64,000 nucleotides of DNA from Eledone cirrhosa (GCA_964016885.1 OZ024743.1:199640001-199704000), one strand, 5' to 3'; shown: positions 13,722-27,338, numbered from the stretch's first letter. Notes: generated by a model not told the origin, from the letters alone. Translations and numbers: made by a program.

Positions 13722-14075
13722 TATGGTGAACTAACTGTTGTGTAACCACTTCTACCTAACTCGTCCCTTGGACTGAGTGCTCTACCACTACGGATATTAC
13801 CTTCCAGTGTTCCACCACTATATATATATATATACATATTATATATATATATATTATTTCTTTTCAATGGCTGACAATACCTTACCGGCGCCACTCGAAT
13901 AAGGTAGTTATTTAACCCATAAATGGGGCCCTAACAGGTACTACTACTCCGGGCTAGAGCAGACTTGGGAGTTATGACAACTAAGTGGTAACTCCACATT
14001 CCCCACAGCTCCTGAACTCCCGAACTGGAGCCTTGCCACTGGATGTAGTTTAGAAGAATATATATTATATACATA

Positions 14076-14571
14076 TCTCTCTATATATATATAACTGAGG
14101 ATGTCTGTCTGTGTTTGTGTGAGTTTGAATCCCTAAAACTAGAGAACCACCTAACCGACTGTTTTCAAACTTTACACATGTAATACTTATGTTTCAGGCA
14201 GTGTTCTCAGCAAAATGCCCTAGGGACCGCATTAGGCGATTTAGCGATCTCTCTCTATAATTCTTAGTCTTTCTCTTTTGTAGATAGATAATACATATAA
14301 CGTTACGCCCTTATAATATCTGTCTGTATGCCTGGCTGTCTGCTGCCTCCGGTTATTAGCCACCCTTGCTCAAGACAAATCTCACACTCCCCAAACAGTT
14401 GGTATGTGCACACAACTTCTTCCTCACGTTTTAAGCCACAGTGTTGCTTACTTACGTACCACCAGACCCTTACTCCTTTGCCAGTCGTGGTTGTGGCAAT
14501 ACTAAGCTTAGCTAAGGCGGTTATATATTTCACAATACCTTATCCCGTGCAATGCCGGGTACCACTGCTAG
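14076..14571 (+). mobile_element. Non-autonomous Helitron, about 0.5 kb
   Basis: 5' A|TC with (tgtc) repeats; 3' hairpin cccgtgcaatgccggg then CTAG|T; terminus resembles that of the 9686-10888 element. Confidence 0.75.
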
Positions 14572-14654
14572 TTACATATATATATTGTATACATATTATA
14601 TATAATATATATATAATATGTATTATATATATATATTATATATAATATGTATAC

Positions 14655-14685
<31 letters not shown>

Positions 14686-14735
14686 CTAATCAGTTTAGAC
14701 AACATATATATATATTATGTATATAATGTATATAT

Positions 14736-15002
14736 AGACAGCCTCCAAAAGTAATGGTTGTATTTTAAAGGGTACGTCAAACCTATTTGTAAAACTGTTA
14801 TATATTGTATTTTGTCTGATGAAGGCATACCATAATTTAATGTGGTACCCCTGAAATATGTATAATGAAATAAATATGGTTTTATAAATATAGTTTCCAT
14901 TTATTAATATCGTAAATCTACTCCAAAAATTTGTCGAGTGCTTTATATCAGTTATAAAAATATTTACTTGTATCCCAACAACTTCAAATAGAACTTTTGC
15001 AT
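14736..15002 (+). mobile_element. About 270-nt ORF-less HHR element
   Basis: A second copy with nearly the same ends lies on - at 28085-28349; (TA)n on both sides. Confidence 0.75.
14808..14872 (+). ncRNA. Minimal type I hammerhead ribozyme
   Basis: tattttgt CTGATGA aggcatacca-loop-tggtacccct GAAA tatgta TA atgaaata. Confidence 0.8.
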
Positions 15003-15241
15003 ATATATATATATTCAATTAGTACAGCATCAACGAAGCCATGGTTGCAGCCAAGCTAACGAATGCAGTTTCCGTGTGCAGCTAAGCACTCGGATAGAGT
15101 ATATAACCCTAGAGTTATAACATTACGTTTAGACAGCTTTGCAAAATGAAGACAGCGACCGATAGAAAGGCCGAAGTGACCATATATATATATATGTATG
15201 TATGTATATATATATATATATAATATATATATATATAATGC

Positions 15242-15291
<50 letters not shown>

Positions 15292-15391
15292 GTGTGAGTA
15301 TGTATATATATATATAATGTATATATATATATATATAATATGTATATATATATATATATATATATACGACTGTATATATATAGATATATTC

Positions 15392-15468
<77 letters not shown>

Positions 15469-15496
15469 AGAACAAAAGATGGTTAAAAGAGTTCCA

Positions 15497-15563
15497 TTTT
15501 ATTATGCGCATTTCAAAAACAAATATCATCATGCAATAATATTTGTGTTTTCATCAGATAAAA
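15497..15563 (-). ncRNA. Minimal type I hammerhead ribozyme, inverted copy
   Basis: Reverse complement of 16774-16840 with intact core. Confidence 0.85.
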
Positions 15564-15894
15564 CAGGAAGACATGATATGAAGATTAAAAAACACTTGTG
15601 GATAGTTCAGTTTTAAATCAACATATGAGAAGTAGTTTTAGATTGATGTGTGATATTGGGAAAAATATTTTATTTAGAGGGCGGGGGTTGGAAAGGATGA
15701 AAAAAAGAGGAGGAGATGAGAGTAAAAGGTGGAGAGGGAGGAGTATAATGAGGAAGGATGAGATAGGAGGAGAGATGGGTGAGAGAGAGAGAGAGAGATA
15801 GCTTTTATAACTGAGAAAGATATATTGTTTTACATAGAGAGGTTGAAAACCATTGTAAGATAATGTATAAATTAAAAGAATTTGAAAATTAACG

Positions 15895-16092
15895 AAATAT
15901 AGCATCTTTTGGAAGAAGGTTTCTTCTGCATCTCTATACTTGAACAGTTCTCTATCCCAAATTTGCAATCTCTGTCTAAATGAAAAATTTACCATTATTT
16001 CTAATCTAGATTCTATAATAAATAGACGCACTGACTTGTTTTCTATCTGCTTGCATAAATTCCATAAAACATTTCACAAAGTATACAGCTAA
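15895..16092 (+). pseudogene. C-terminal end of a PLE GIY-YIG domain (absent from the ORF track)
   Basis: KYSIFWKKVSSASLYLNSSLSQICNLCLNEKFTIISNLDSIINRRTDLFSICLHKFHKTFHKVYS*, aligning with YSIDW...CSLCTTEK...LNSKTEIFRCCPH of the 24-kb element. Confidence 0.85.
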
Positions 16093-16773
16093 TATTCAAT
16101 TCTTTATCAATTTAGAATCTTTTTCTCAAAGGCACACATATATATATATATATATACACTTCTTTTAAAAATATACCCATGTCTAACCCCTAATCTGTAC
16201 CTTTTCTCACTCTTGCCTAACATAGAATCAATTATTACATAATACAATACATTCTTACTCTATATCACCTTGTAAAAATCCTTCGTAAACATATACATTT
16301 TTTGACGTTAGATTATTCATCCTCAATTCATTATTCTTTTCTCCCTTTCATCTAACTCATTATTCTCAATACATATTAACATTTTCTTTTTTCTTCGCAC
16401 ATATTATCAAACCCCTCAATATGCAAACCTTAACTTTACATTATTTTTCTCTTCGTTAATTTTGAAATTCTTTTAATTTATACATTATCTTCCAACGGTT
16501 TTCAACCTCTCTATGTAAAACAATATATCTTTCTCAGTTATAAAAGCTATCTCTCTCTCTCTATCACCCATCTCTCCTCCTATCTCATCCTTCCTCATTA
16601 TACTCCTCCCTCTCCACCTTTTACTCTCATCTCCTCCTCTTTTTTTTCACCCCCCCCCTCTAAATGAAATATTTTTCCCAATATCTCACATCAATCTAAA
16701 ACTACTTCTCATATGTTGATTTAAAACTGAACTATCCACAAGTGTTTTTTAATCTTCATATCATGTCTTCCTG

Positions 16774-16840
16774 TTTTATCTGATGAAAACACAAATATTA
16801 TTGCATGATGATATTTGTTTTTGAAATGCGCATAATAAAA
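16774..16840 (+). ncRNA. Minimal type I hammerhead ribozyme
   Basis: ttttat CTGATGA aaacacaaatatta...gatatttgttttt GAAA tgcgca TA ataaaa; palindromic TGCGCA. Confidence 0.88.
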
Positions 16841-17069
16841 TACATGGAACTCTTTTAACCATCTTTTGTTCTTATATATTATGTATACTCCAGTCCTACA
16901 AACTGTACAATGCTTCTTATCCGATGTTCTTATATATTATGTATACTCCAGTCCTACAAACTGTACAGTGCTTCTTATCCGATATCTGCATTGCTTTATT
17001 GTACTACAATAAAACTCACCTCCTACATTATATATATATATATATATATAATATATATATATATATATA

Positions 17070-17150
<81 letters not shown>

Positions 17151-17170
17151 ATATATTTAATATGAATATA

Positions 17171-17544
17171 TCTATATATATACAGTCGTATTCCTGTCTG
17201 TTTGTTTGTTTGTTTGTTCACGAACTCCTCCTATGGTTTTGGAGATAGATCCCCATAACAATATATATTAGGAAACTACATTGCCCAGGGTACTTGGATA
17301 AGTATATTTCATTTTAATCAAATGGTTCCCCGGGGGCACAAAACCCCCGCTGAAAATTTGTTCCCTTCGATTTATATGAAATTTAGACCATAGGTAAATG
17401 ACAAGATATGGTGCCTATTCACAAAAGTTTTGAATTGATATTTGAAAAAAATTATTTACAAGAAACAAAATAAGAATAAGATTTAATAATGTAATTTTGA
17501 TTTGATATATTACAAAAAATAATGTTTTCCAATGTTTCATGCAT
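17171..17544 (+). mobile_element. 3'-truncated non-autonomous Helitron
   Basis: A|TCTATATA start, (tttg)n, body co-linear with about 57100-57424 of the complete copy. Confidence 0.7.
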
Positions 17545-17807
17545 ATATCTATACAGACGTACAGTAGTATGTTTATATATACATACATGCACACATATAT
17601 ATATGTACGTATGGATTATAATAGCATTATAATAAATGTTCGGTGAATCCATACGTACATATATATATATATGTGTGCATGTATGTATATATATATACAT
17701 ACTACTGTACGTCTGTATACATATATGTATGTACGTATACATACTTATATTTAAGTAACAGCCGTACTAAGAGTGAGTGAGAAATGAAATTTCGTTTCAT
17801 TTTTTCC

Positions 17808-17887
<80 letters not shown>

Positions 17888-18221
17888 ACTAAAAGAACAA
17901 AAGGCTCTAAAATTTGGTCAGTTAATTTTGTAAATAATTACCACATGATAAAGGCAACAACTTACTAATGTAAAAGCGCATCGCCAGCTGAAATACACAA
18001 TAGCATAAATGAAATTAAATGGTATCCAGGAATCAAAACTAACGTTTGCTGCTTTTTGATATCTGTGTTGGCTTCTAATCTATGCAGCTTTATAACTACA
18101 CCCCTCATTGTGAGTGTGTCTGTGAAACATATACATAACACATGAATTCAAGTCAGTGTCCGGTTTGAGGAAAAGTTCATCCCATTAATGTACGAGACCC
18201 TGAATTAAACCATATTCACTG

Positions 18222-18355
18222 TTATTTATCCTCTTGCGACCCCGTAAGGATGAACGCAAAGTTAACCATGATGGGATTTGAACTCAGAATGGCAAGGGAC
18301 GTAACTCTATGCGTCAAAGCATGGCGTCCGACCCTCTACCGATACTGCCAATCCA
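18222..18355 (-). mobile_element. tRNA-SINE, 5' part
   Basis: gaccccgtaaggatgaa...ttgaactcagaatggc...ccgatactgccaatcc. Confidence 0.8.
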
Positions 18356-19229
18356 TTAATAATATGCACAGAAATTAAACGAAGTCTGCGTTACACTCTC
18401 TTCTGTAACCAATAAAGTAATCCATGATACATTAAAAAAGACGATATTATATATAAACTGCATTAGAAGAAAATTAGCGACGGAAATATAGGAACGTTTA
18501 TATAAGTGATGTAATAAATGTTATAATATAACGGGTTCTAACCGGAAGTGTTGACATTTGAAAATTTTAAAGAAGTGATTCTTAAAATAAGCAATAAAAT
18601 CATTTATATTTAACCAACAGTTACGAAATTTAGGAAATACATTATGTAATATTCATTCATTTAAAATAAAGTACCAGTAATGAACTGGGTAATTGCTGGC
18701 CTTGTGCCAAAAGTAGAAACAATTATTTATTCAAAGTAATCCAACTTATTTTACAAACGAGACAAAAAAATATATTCTGGACGCAGTCCTGCGCTCCTCT
18801 CTTTATTATAGTTAAGATTTCTCTCTATAACCAACTTCGAACTGGTCTATAATTAGTCTATAGTATTGACGTGAAATACCCGTATATACTATATATTCAA
18901 CCACTTGCAATACCTTTATCTTCTGCAGCTACTATTCTCGGATATGGAGAGTCATTACCAATGAATAGGTTTCCTTTTTCGTTTCCATCATTTTATAAAA
19001 TGTTAACTCTGTTGTGTTTTGTTTTATTCAATATAGTCTTGTAAGTTCATATAAAAAGCCTTTCAAAAATCTTCAATATATAAATAGATAGCTAAATAAT
19101 TTATAAGAGTCGGTGTTCTTTCTAGGTTTAAGAAGTAAAAATAGTTCTTTACCGATGCAGACTAAGGCTGTAAAACAATGAAATCCACGAGATATTCAAA
19201 TTCATTCATCTGTATATATATATATATGT

Positions 19230-19268
<39 letters not shown>

Positions 19269-19321
19269 ATATGTAAATCATTTATATATATATGTGTGTA
19301 TATATATATATATATATCTCA

Positions 19322-19379
<58 letters not shown>

Positions 19380-20202
19380 GTGTTAAACAATATTCAATGA
19401 TTATGTCAAAGAATGAGTTTTAGAGTATAAAATAATATTGCTTTAATATTGCTTTATTTTATAACTATCTATAGAAAGAACAACGCTAGAATAAATGACA
19501 CTTGTTCAATAATATGCCTAAACATTGATACACACAACATTATTTGTTAACTTTGATCAATACCATCATTTCTTTATCTCCTTATTTCTCTATCTATCTT
19601 CCTATCTATGCTTATAATTTAGTATAATACCTAATCCTTACATATTTACGGAATTTATATAACTGTGAATTTTTAATACATTTGTGATCTCTTTTAAATT
19701 TTAGTTTAATACCCAATCCATAAATTTTTATGAAACTCATCTATAACTATAAATTTTTAATGAGTTTTTCATCTATTATTTATAGTATAATATAATATAG
19801 TATTTGCATATATTTCTTTTAAATATATTTACTGCACTATAAAATCTAAAATTTGAGACGGATTCAAACTTATATATAAATGTGAATTTTTGCTGACCTT
19901 TTGATCTCTTATTTATTTATAATATAATGTATTATAATATGTATGTAGTTATATATTATATTTTATATATTTTTAAATATTTTTAAATATACCTACCACA
20001 TTTCTATATATATGATTCAAATATAGAGAAAATATCCAAACTAAAAATTATTATAGACATTATTTTGAACTCTGAATTATCTATACACTCATTGTTGTTT
20101 TTCTTATATATATATATATGTATTTAAATGTAACACATTGAACTCCACTTTATAAATTTATAACTGGTATCATTTACCTAAAGTATACTACACTAATAAT
20201 AC

Positions 20203-20239
<37 letters not shown>

Positions 20240-21039
20240 TTCCCTGTATCTAATAATATGTTGATATCTTGGTTGAAGAATAATTAGTGCATTTACACCC
20301 AGTTATACATAGGTATATATTTATCCTTAACATCCTTCAATCTATTATCTTATTTTATTTGTATCTTCGTCGTTATTATTTACCTTAAACATACTGGCTC
20401 ATTAATATATACCTATATACATAGTAGTTATTTAAATATTTATAATAATAAGTACTTCAAAAGCTTTACATACTTAATATGTTGGTATATTTGTTAAAGT
20501 TTGAATTTAGGTAAATAATCAACAATATTTCATTCTTTATGTGCCAGCTAAATCCTTTAAATGTTACCCTCATAAAATTCAGAAGTTTAGAAATGATAAC
20601 ACACTTATCGAATTTATATAAATAATATATAAATAACCAGCAAATAATCCTGAAATCTGGAGTCTTCACCCTAATATTATAAATTAAATATTTTCAAATT
20701 TAACCGTTTAACTTTCGGAAAAAATCTCCTTCAGCATATATCACCCCCCCCCCCCACTTATTTTCCCCTCTTTATAAATCCTTTTCCAGTGGCTATCACT
20801 GGCTGTTATGATTCATGAGACGTTTTCCTAGATATATCGTAGTATCATACACTTTAAAACTTTTAGAACAGTTACAGTATGCAACGTTTTTTTCTTACTC
20901 AAACATTCTCTAATGAATTTATTACGTTTTCGCATTTTCTCATAAATAGGTTATATATGTAAAATTTTCTCTTGGGTTAATCACTACCTTGATTAAATCT
21001 TAACCATTTAACATCTCAAGGTATGTCATGTATCATTAT

Positions 21040-21092
21040 ATTTTGTCTGATGAGAACGTACTGTTGTACATCCGAAATATGTATAATAAAAT
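21040..21092 (+). ncRNA. Minimal type I hammerhead ribozyme with partly decayed stem II
   Basis: attttgt CTGATGA gaacgtac-tgtt-gtacatcc GAAA tatgta TA ataaaat. Confidence 0.7.
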
Positions 21093-21120
21093 GTAATTGA
21101 TCAAAAGAACATCTATTTTA

Positions 21121-21260
<140 letters not shown>

Positions 21261-21263
21261 TAT

Positions 21264-21299
<36 letters not shown>

Positions 21300-21324
21300 C
21301 AATACATGAATATATATATATATA

Positions 21325-21860
21325 TATATTGTTATACTTTGGGAGGGTCGTGTTGCCAATAAGAAACACATGCACCAGTTGCTTTCACTTCAATTTATTA
21401 TATATTTATAAATTTACAAATTTATAAATTTATAAATTTCTGGTTGGTTGGTTGGTTGGTTCCACAACCAGATAGTTGTTTATATATAGTCATAGTCCTT
21501 TCGTCACACACTCTGTGACCTCTTCACTGACACACACAGAAACAAAATGGCGTAGAACAGAACAAAGGAGAGGCACAGAAACAAAGAAAGGACTCCCCAG
21601 TCACTGAAGAGGTCACAGAGTGTGTGCCGAAAGGACTATGACTATATATAAACAACTATCTGGTTGTGGAACCAACCGACCAACCAGAAATTTATAAATT
21701 TATAAATTTGTAAATTTATAAATATATAATAAATTGAAGTGAAAGCAACTGGTGCGTGTGTTTCTTATTGGCAACATGACCCTCCCAAAGTATAATAATA
21801 TCGGTTTCAACACACGATTTCAGATAAAGAATCTTGCTAAACAAATTCAGAAACGATATA
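21325..21860 (+). mobile_element. Palindromic HHR-bearing PLE-type terminus
   Basis: Arms about 21325-21531 and 21600-21800 are near-perfect reverse complements; tail continues to about 21860; (TA)n flanks. Confidence 0.8.
21599..21643 (+). ncRNA. Minimal type I hammerhead ribozyme
   Basis: agtca CTGAAGA ggtcaca-gag-tgtgtgcc GAAA ggac TA tgact; the mirror copy at 21488-21531 has C3 changed to G. Confidence 0.78.
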
Positions 21861-21895
21861 TTTATATATATACATATATATACATGTATGTATTG

Positions 21896-21934
<39 letters not shown>

Positions 21935-21986
21935 CACACACACATATATATATATATATAAATATATATATATATAAATATATGTG

Positions 21987-22029
<43 letters not shown>

Positions 22030-22128
22030 GAAGTAATTCCATCGGAAAAGTCCAGGAAAAAAGAGTGCTCTATGTAAGCAACAGAGCTTAATTATTATTA
22101 TTATGTAATAAACAACATAAGGCAATTA

Positions 22129-22188
22129 TTCCATTTACCAGTGGTTTCTTAAAAGCAAAAGGTTTTGCTTTCAATCCTCAGAATGAAA
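22129..22188 (-). ncRNA. Type I hammerhead ribozyme, distal
   Basis: Reverse complement of 27833-27892. Confidence 0.88.
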
Positions 22189-22397
22189 AATCCTGGTTTG
22201 TTTATTGAATATGGATTCTAAAAACGAAAATGCAATCTATATGAAAGTGAGGCTGGAAAAGGGAGAAGGAAAGGAAAAATAAAATAAAATAAAACTACAC
22301 ATGCAAACACACACAAAAAAACCCAAAAGCATACTTACACACACACACATATATACACATATAATTTGCACGCATACACATATACACATACACATAC

Positions 22398-22450
<53 letters not shown>

Positions 22451-22555
22451 CATACACATACATACACATATATATATATAAAGAGCGTACACCTACACAC
22501 ACATACACATATATATACACACATATACACATACATATATTCATACATACACACG

Positions 22556-22591
<36 letters not shown>

Positions 22592-22613
22592 TATATATAC
22601 ACATGTACATATC

Positions 22614-22651
<38 letters not shown>

Positions 22652-22682
22652 TACACATACATATACACACATATACACATAT

Positions 22683-22726
<44 letters not shown>

Positions 22727-23126
22727 GTGTGTACAAGCCTACACATACACACACACATATATATACACACACATATACATACATTCACACAAACATACAA
22801 CGTACATACATACACATACATGAATGCACTCCACTACATATTAACACACGCAAATAAATATAAGAAAAAAATATATATAAATAATATTAACAAATATTTG
22901 ACAGCGATACATGCCCCAGCTAACAGGACAGACACGCGTGGTAAGTAATACACACATAAGCGCATATACATACGTTCGAAATAGTAAACACATACACACA
23001 CTCTCACACATAAATATACATATACAAATACATAAACACGTACATACACATACATACGCAGACACGTACACGTATACAATATAAACACACACATGTATAT
23101 GTAATTATATACACACACACACACAC

Positions 23127-23187
<61 letters not shown>

Positions 23188-23470
23188 AAAATATAAAAAT
23201 ATAAACGCACACACACATATAAATACGTAAACACACATATACATACATAGCTAAACAATTATACACATGCAAATACGTATATATCAAAAGAACGCACAAC
23301 CAAATACAAACACACACACATATATACACACACACACACCTACACACAAACCCACACATACATAAAAATAAATAAAAACACACGCAACATATACATATAC
23401 ATACATACACATACATATACATATATACATATATACATATACATATATATATATACACACATATATATAC

Positions 23471-23512
<42 letters not shown>

Positions 23513-23654
23513 ACGTACACATACACACATGCATACACATACACACACACATATACATGTGTGTATGTGTAAAGCTCAGTATTAGATAAGACAAATGAAC
23601 CTTACATAAACGTATATATAGTAGTAAAGTAATAAAGCCATACAAGGCAATTAA

Positions 23655-23712
23655 TCCATTCACCAGAGGTTTCTTAAAAGCAAAAAAAGTTTCCTTCAAT
23701 CTTCAGAATGAA
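23655..23712 (-). ncRNA. Type I hammerhead ribozyme, proximal, GUG triplet
   Basis: Reverse complement of 26295-26352. Confidence 0.75.
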
Positions 23713-24107
23713 ATATACAAATATATACACACATACAGACACGCACACACACATATATATATATATACATATATATATATACATGTACATATATATATAT
23801 ATATATATATACAGACATATATACATACACACACATACACACACATACATATACATACATACATACACATATATATACATACACAAACATATACGTACAC
23901 ATATACATATATACACACAAAAATACATACACATACACATAGGTATGTGAAGGGCAAAACAAAAAGAATAAGTGGGGTGGGGGGCCTAGAGGAGGTAAAA
24001 ATATAAAGGGAGGTAAGGGAGAAAGAAATATTTTTAAAATACAAGAGTACAGAAGGTAGAAGCAGCAAAATAAAAGCCGTAGCAAAAGTAAAGAGCAGAG
24101 AAGGAGT

Positions 24108-25166
24108 TCAAGGCGGTTGATTTATCGTAGGAGTGTCAATCCAGTTACAGATCAGATGCGATTTCAGATGAGGACAGCATCTGAAGATCTCAGTCTTAGA
24201 GTTAAGGCAAGCGGAAGTGTCTCTCAAGTTTAGCAAAATCCTATACTTTTCTGTGGTACACAAAGAACAATTCTTTGTGCCCCTTTGGTACTCCCTCGAA
24301 TGGTCTAATATAGACCAATCAATAGAGTACGGGATATTACTATCCTTGAGATCCCATACCTTACTTGCGAGGGCCGTTGATGTTCGTTTATCTGAGTGTT
24401 TAAAAGAAGCGACATGTGAGTAAAATCTGGTTTTAAACCTGTCCTGGGTCATACCGACATATCGCTCGCTTCTGGCTGGCTGGTTGTTGATAACTGGCGT
24501 TATTTTAGCCTCATAAACGACAGATTTTGTTTTACATTTACCCTGCAATGGGCATTCATCCGGCTTCCTGCAACTGCATCCTGGATTTATCCTCGTACGG
24601 TTTGAACTGGTGATTTTGGATTTCATGGATGGACAACAAGAGTAGCTGATCTTAACTACATTCCTATTAAAAATCTTATAATATCTATGAATAGGAGGAA
24701 AATGTTTGTCTAATAGTTCAAGGAATTTCCTTCCTACATTAGTTTTGACATTTAGAGAGAAGGGGGGTGTGAACCAAATAATCTTCCTTTTCCTGTTATT
24801 ATGGTTAGTTTTAGGGGGGGGAATAGGTAAATAAGAAATATTTTCTGTAAAACCGCTGTTCTTAAGGGCTTTATTATAATAAGGGGCGGCTTTATTAAAA
24901 ATGTCTATAGACGAAGATAAAGTAGAAATCCTACGGCTAATGTTAGGAATAAGATTATTAAAAACTATAGGGGGATGGCAAGACTCTTTGTGTATATACC
25001 TAAGATTTTCATTAGGTTTATGATAGGGTTTAAAAGAGGCAGTAAGTAGATCAAGATTAATATCAAGAAAGTTAGCATTAGTAAGGTTCGTATCTATAGT
25101 AATTTTAAGGTTAAGATTAGCAAAGGTACTAATTAAATCTTTACGGAATTTATCAAGATTATGGCC
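24108..25166 (-). CDS. PLE polyprotein, 5'-truncated but open (RT C-terminus and thumb plus GIY-YIG), 352 aa
   Basis: Uninterrupted frame GHNLDKFRKDL..NFLDINLDL..IHKESCHPP..IIWFTPPFS..CSCRKPDECPLQGKC..VVYEA..YVGMTQDRFKTR..CSLC..CCPH; homologous to 12140-13495. Confidence 0.9.
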   Translation of the reverse strand, partial: GHNLDKFRKDLISTFANLNLKITIDTNLTNANFLDINLDLLTASFKPYHKPNENLRYIHKESCHPPIVFNNLIPNISRRISTLSSSIDIFNKAAPYYNKALKNSGFTENISYLPIPPPKTNHNNRKRKIIWFTPPFSLNVKTNVGRKFLELLDKHFPPIHRYYKIFNRNVVKISYSCCPSMKSKITSSNRTRINPGCSCRKPDECPLQGKCKTKSVVYEAKITPVINNQPARSERYVGMTQDRFKTRFYSHVASFKHSDKRTSTALASKVWDLKDSNIPYSIDWSILDHSREYQRGTKNCSLCTTEKYRILLNLRDTSACLNSKTEIFRCCPHLKSHLICNWIDTPTINQPP

Positions 25167-25191
25167 AAAACTAATTTATCAAGATTATGGC

Positions 25192-25899
25192 CCTAAAACT
25201 AACCATAATAACAGGAAAAGGAAGATTATTTGGTTCACACCCCCCTTCTCTCTAAATGTCAAAACTAATGTAGGAAGGAAATTCCTTGAACTATTAGACA
25301 AACATTTTCCTCCTATTCATAGATATTATAAGATTTTTAATAGGAATGTAGTTAAGATCAGCTACTCTTGTTGTCCATCCATGAAATCCAAAATCACCAG
25401 TTCAAACCGTACGATGATAAATCCAGGATGCAGTTGCAGGAAGCCGGATGAATGCCCATTGCAGGGTAAATGTAAAACAAAATCTGTCGTTTATGAGGCT
25501 AAAATAACGCCAGTTATCAACAACCAGCCAGCCAGAAGCGAGCGATATGTCGGTATGACCCAGGACAGGTTTAAAACCAGATTTTACTCACATGTCGCTT
25601 CTTTTAAACACTCAGATAAACGAACATCAACGGCCCTCGCAAGTAAGGTATGGGATCTCAAGGATAGTAATATCCCGTACTCTATTGATTGGTCTATATT
25701 AGACCATTCGAGGGAGTACCAAAGGGGCACAAAGAATTGTTCTTTGTGTACCACAGAAAAGTATAGGATTTTGCTAAACTTGAGAGACACTTCCGCTTGC
25801 CTTAACTCTAAGACTGAGATCTTCAGATGCTGTCCTCATCTGAAATCGCATCTGATCTGTAACTGGATTGACACTCCTACGATAAATCAACCGCCTTGA
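25192..25899 (+). pseudogene. Inverted duplicate of the PLE linker and GIY-YIG region
   Basis: ORF 25381-25899 matches 24108-24626 except one R to M change. Confidence 0.9.
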
Positions 25900-26294
25900 A
25901 CTCCTTCTCTGCTCTTTACTTTTGCTACGGCTTTTATTTTGCTGCTTCTACCTTCTGTACTCTTGTATTTTAAAAATATTTCTTTCTCCCTTACCTCCCT
26001 TTATATTTTTACCTCCTCTAGGCCCCCCACCCCATATATTCTTTTTGTTTTGCCCTTCACATACCTATGTGTATGTGTATGTATTTTTGTGTGTATATAT
26101 GTATATGTGTACGTATATGTTTGTGTATGTATATATATGTGTATGTATGTATGTATATGTATGTGTGTGTATGTGTGTGTATGTATATATGTCTGTATAT
26201 ATATATATATATATATATGTACATGTATATATATATATGTATATATATATATATGTGTGTGTGCGTGTCTGTATGTGTGTATATATTTGTATAT

Positions 26295-26352
26295 TTCATT
26301 CTGAAGATTGAAGGAAACTTTTTTTGCTTTTAAGAAACCTCTGGTGAATGGA
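26295..26352 (+). ncRNA. Type I hammerhead ribozyme with GUG at the cleavage triplet, probably inactive
   Basis: ttcatt CTGAAGA ttgaagg...gcttttaa GAAA cc-tct-gg TG aatgga. Confidence 0.75.
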
Positions 26353-26494
26353 TTAATTGCCTTGTATGGCTTTATTACTTTACTACTATATATACGTTTA
26401 TGTAAGGTTCATTTGTCTTATCTAATACTGAGCTTTACACATACACACATGTATATGTGTGTGTGTATGTGTATGCATGTGTGTATGTGTACGT

Positions 26495-26536
<42 letters not shown>

Positions 26537-26821
26537 GTATATATATGTGTGTATATATATATATGTATATGTATATATGTATATATGTATATGTATGTGT
26601 ATGTATGTATATGTATATGTTGCGTGTGTTTTTATTTATTTTTATGTATGTGTGGGTTTGTGTGTAGGTGTGTGTGTGTGTATATATGTGTGTGTGTTTG
26701 TATTTGGTTGTGCGTTCTTTTGATATATACGTATTTGCATGTGTATAATTGTTTAGCTATGTATGTATATGTGTGTTTACGTATTTATATGTGTGTGTGC
26801 GTTTATATTTTTATATTTTTG

Positions 26822-26894
<73 letters not shown>

Positions 26895-27294
26895 GTGTGT
26901 GTGTGTGTGTATATAATTACATATACATGTGTGTGTTTATATTGTATACGTGTACGTGTCTGCGTATGTATGTGTATGTACGTGTTTATGTATTTGTATA
27001 TGTATATTTATGTGTGAGAGTGTGTGTATGTGTTTACTATTTCGAACGTATGTATATGCGCTTATGTGTGTATTACTTACCACGCGTGTCTGTCCTGTTA
27101 GCTGGGGCATGTATCGCTGTCAAATATTTGTTAATATTATTTATATATATTTTTTTCTTATATTTATTTGCGTGTGTTAATATGTAGTGGAGTGCATTCA
27201 TGTATGTGTATGTATGTACGTTGTATGTTTGTGTGAATGTATGTATATGTGTGTGTATATATATGTGTGTGTGTATGTGTAGGCTTGTACACAC

Positions 27295-27338
<44 letters not shown>

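Larger units (their letters stand above)
12104..13819 (+). mobile_element. 5'-truncated Penelope-like retroelement (Naiad-like) with short inverted 5' terminus
   Basis: RT and GIY-YIG coding remnant, 3' HHR, 12104-12139 inverted relative to 13719-13754 (one mismatch), (TA)n flanks. Confidence 0.92.
15460..17030 (+). mobile_element. Heavily 5'-truncated PLE with 440-bp inverted 5' arm
   Basis: 15460-15896 is the reverse complement of about 16452-16882; GIY-YIG C-terminus between the arms; HHR in both arms; about 58-nt tandem duplication at about 16868-16983. Confidence 0.88.

Noticed and set aside
18380-20950. Possible highly decayed PLE or GIY-YIG coding sequence upstream of the 21040 HHR
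   Set aside because: Only isolated short motif-like words with many stops; not supportable without a translated search
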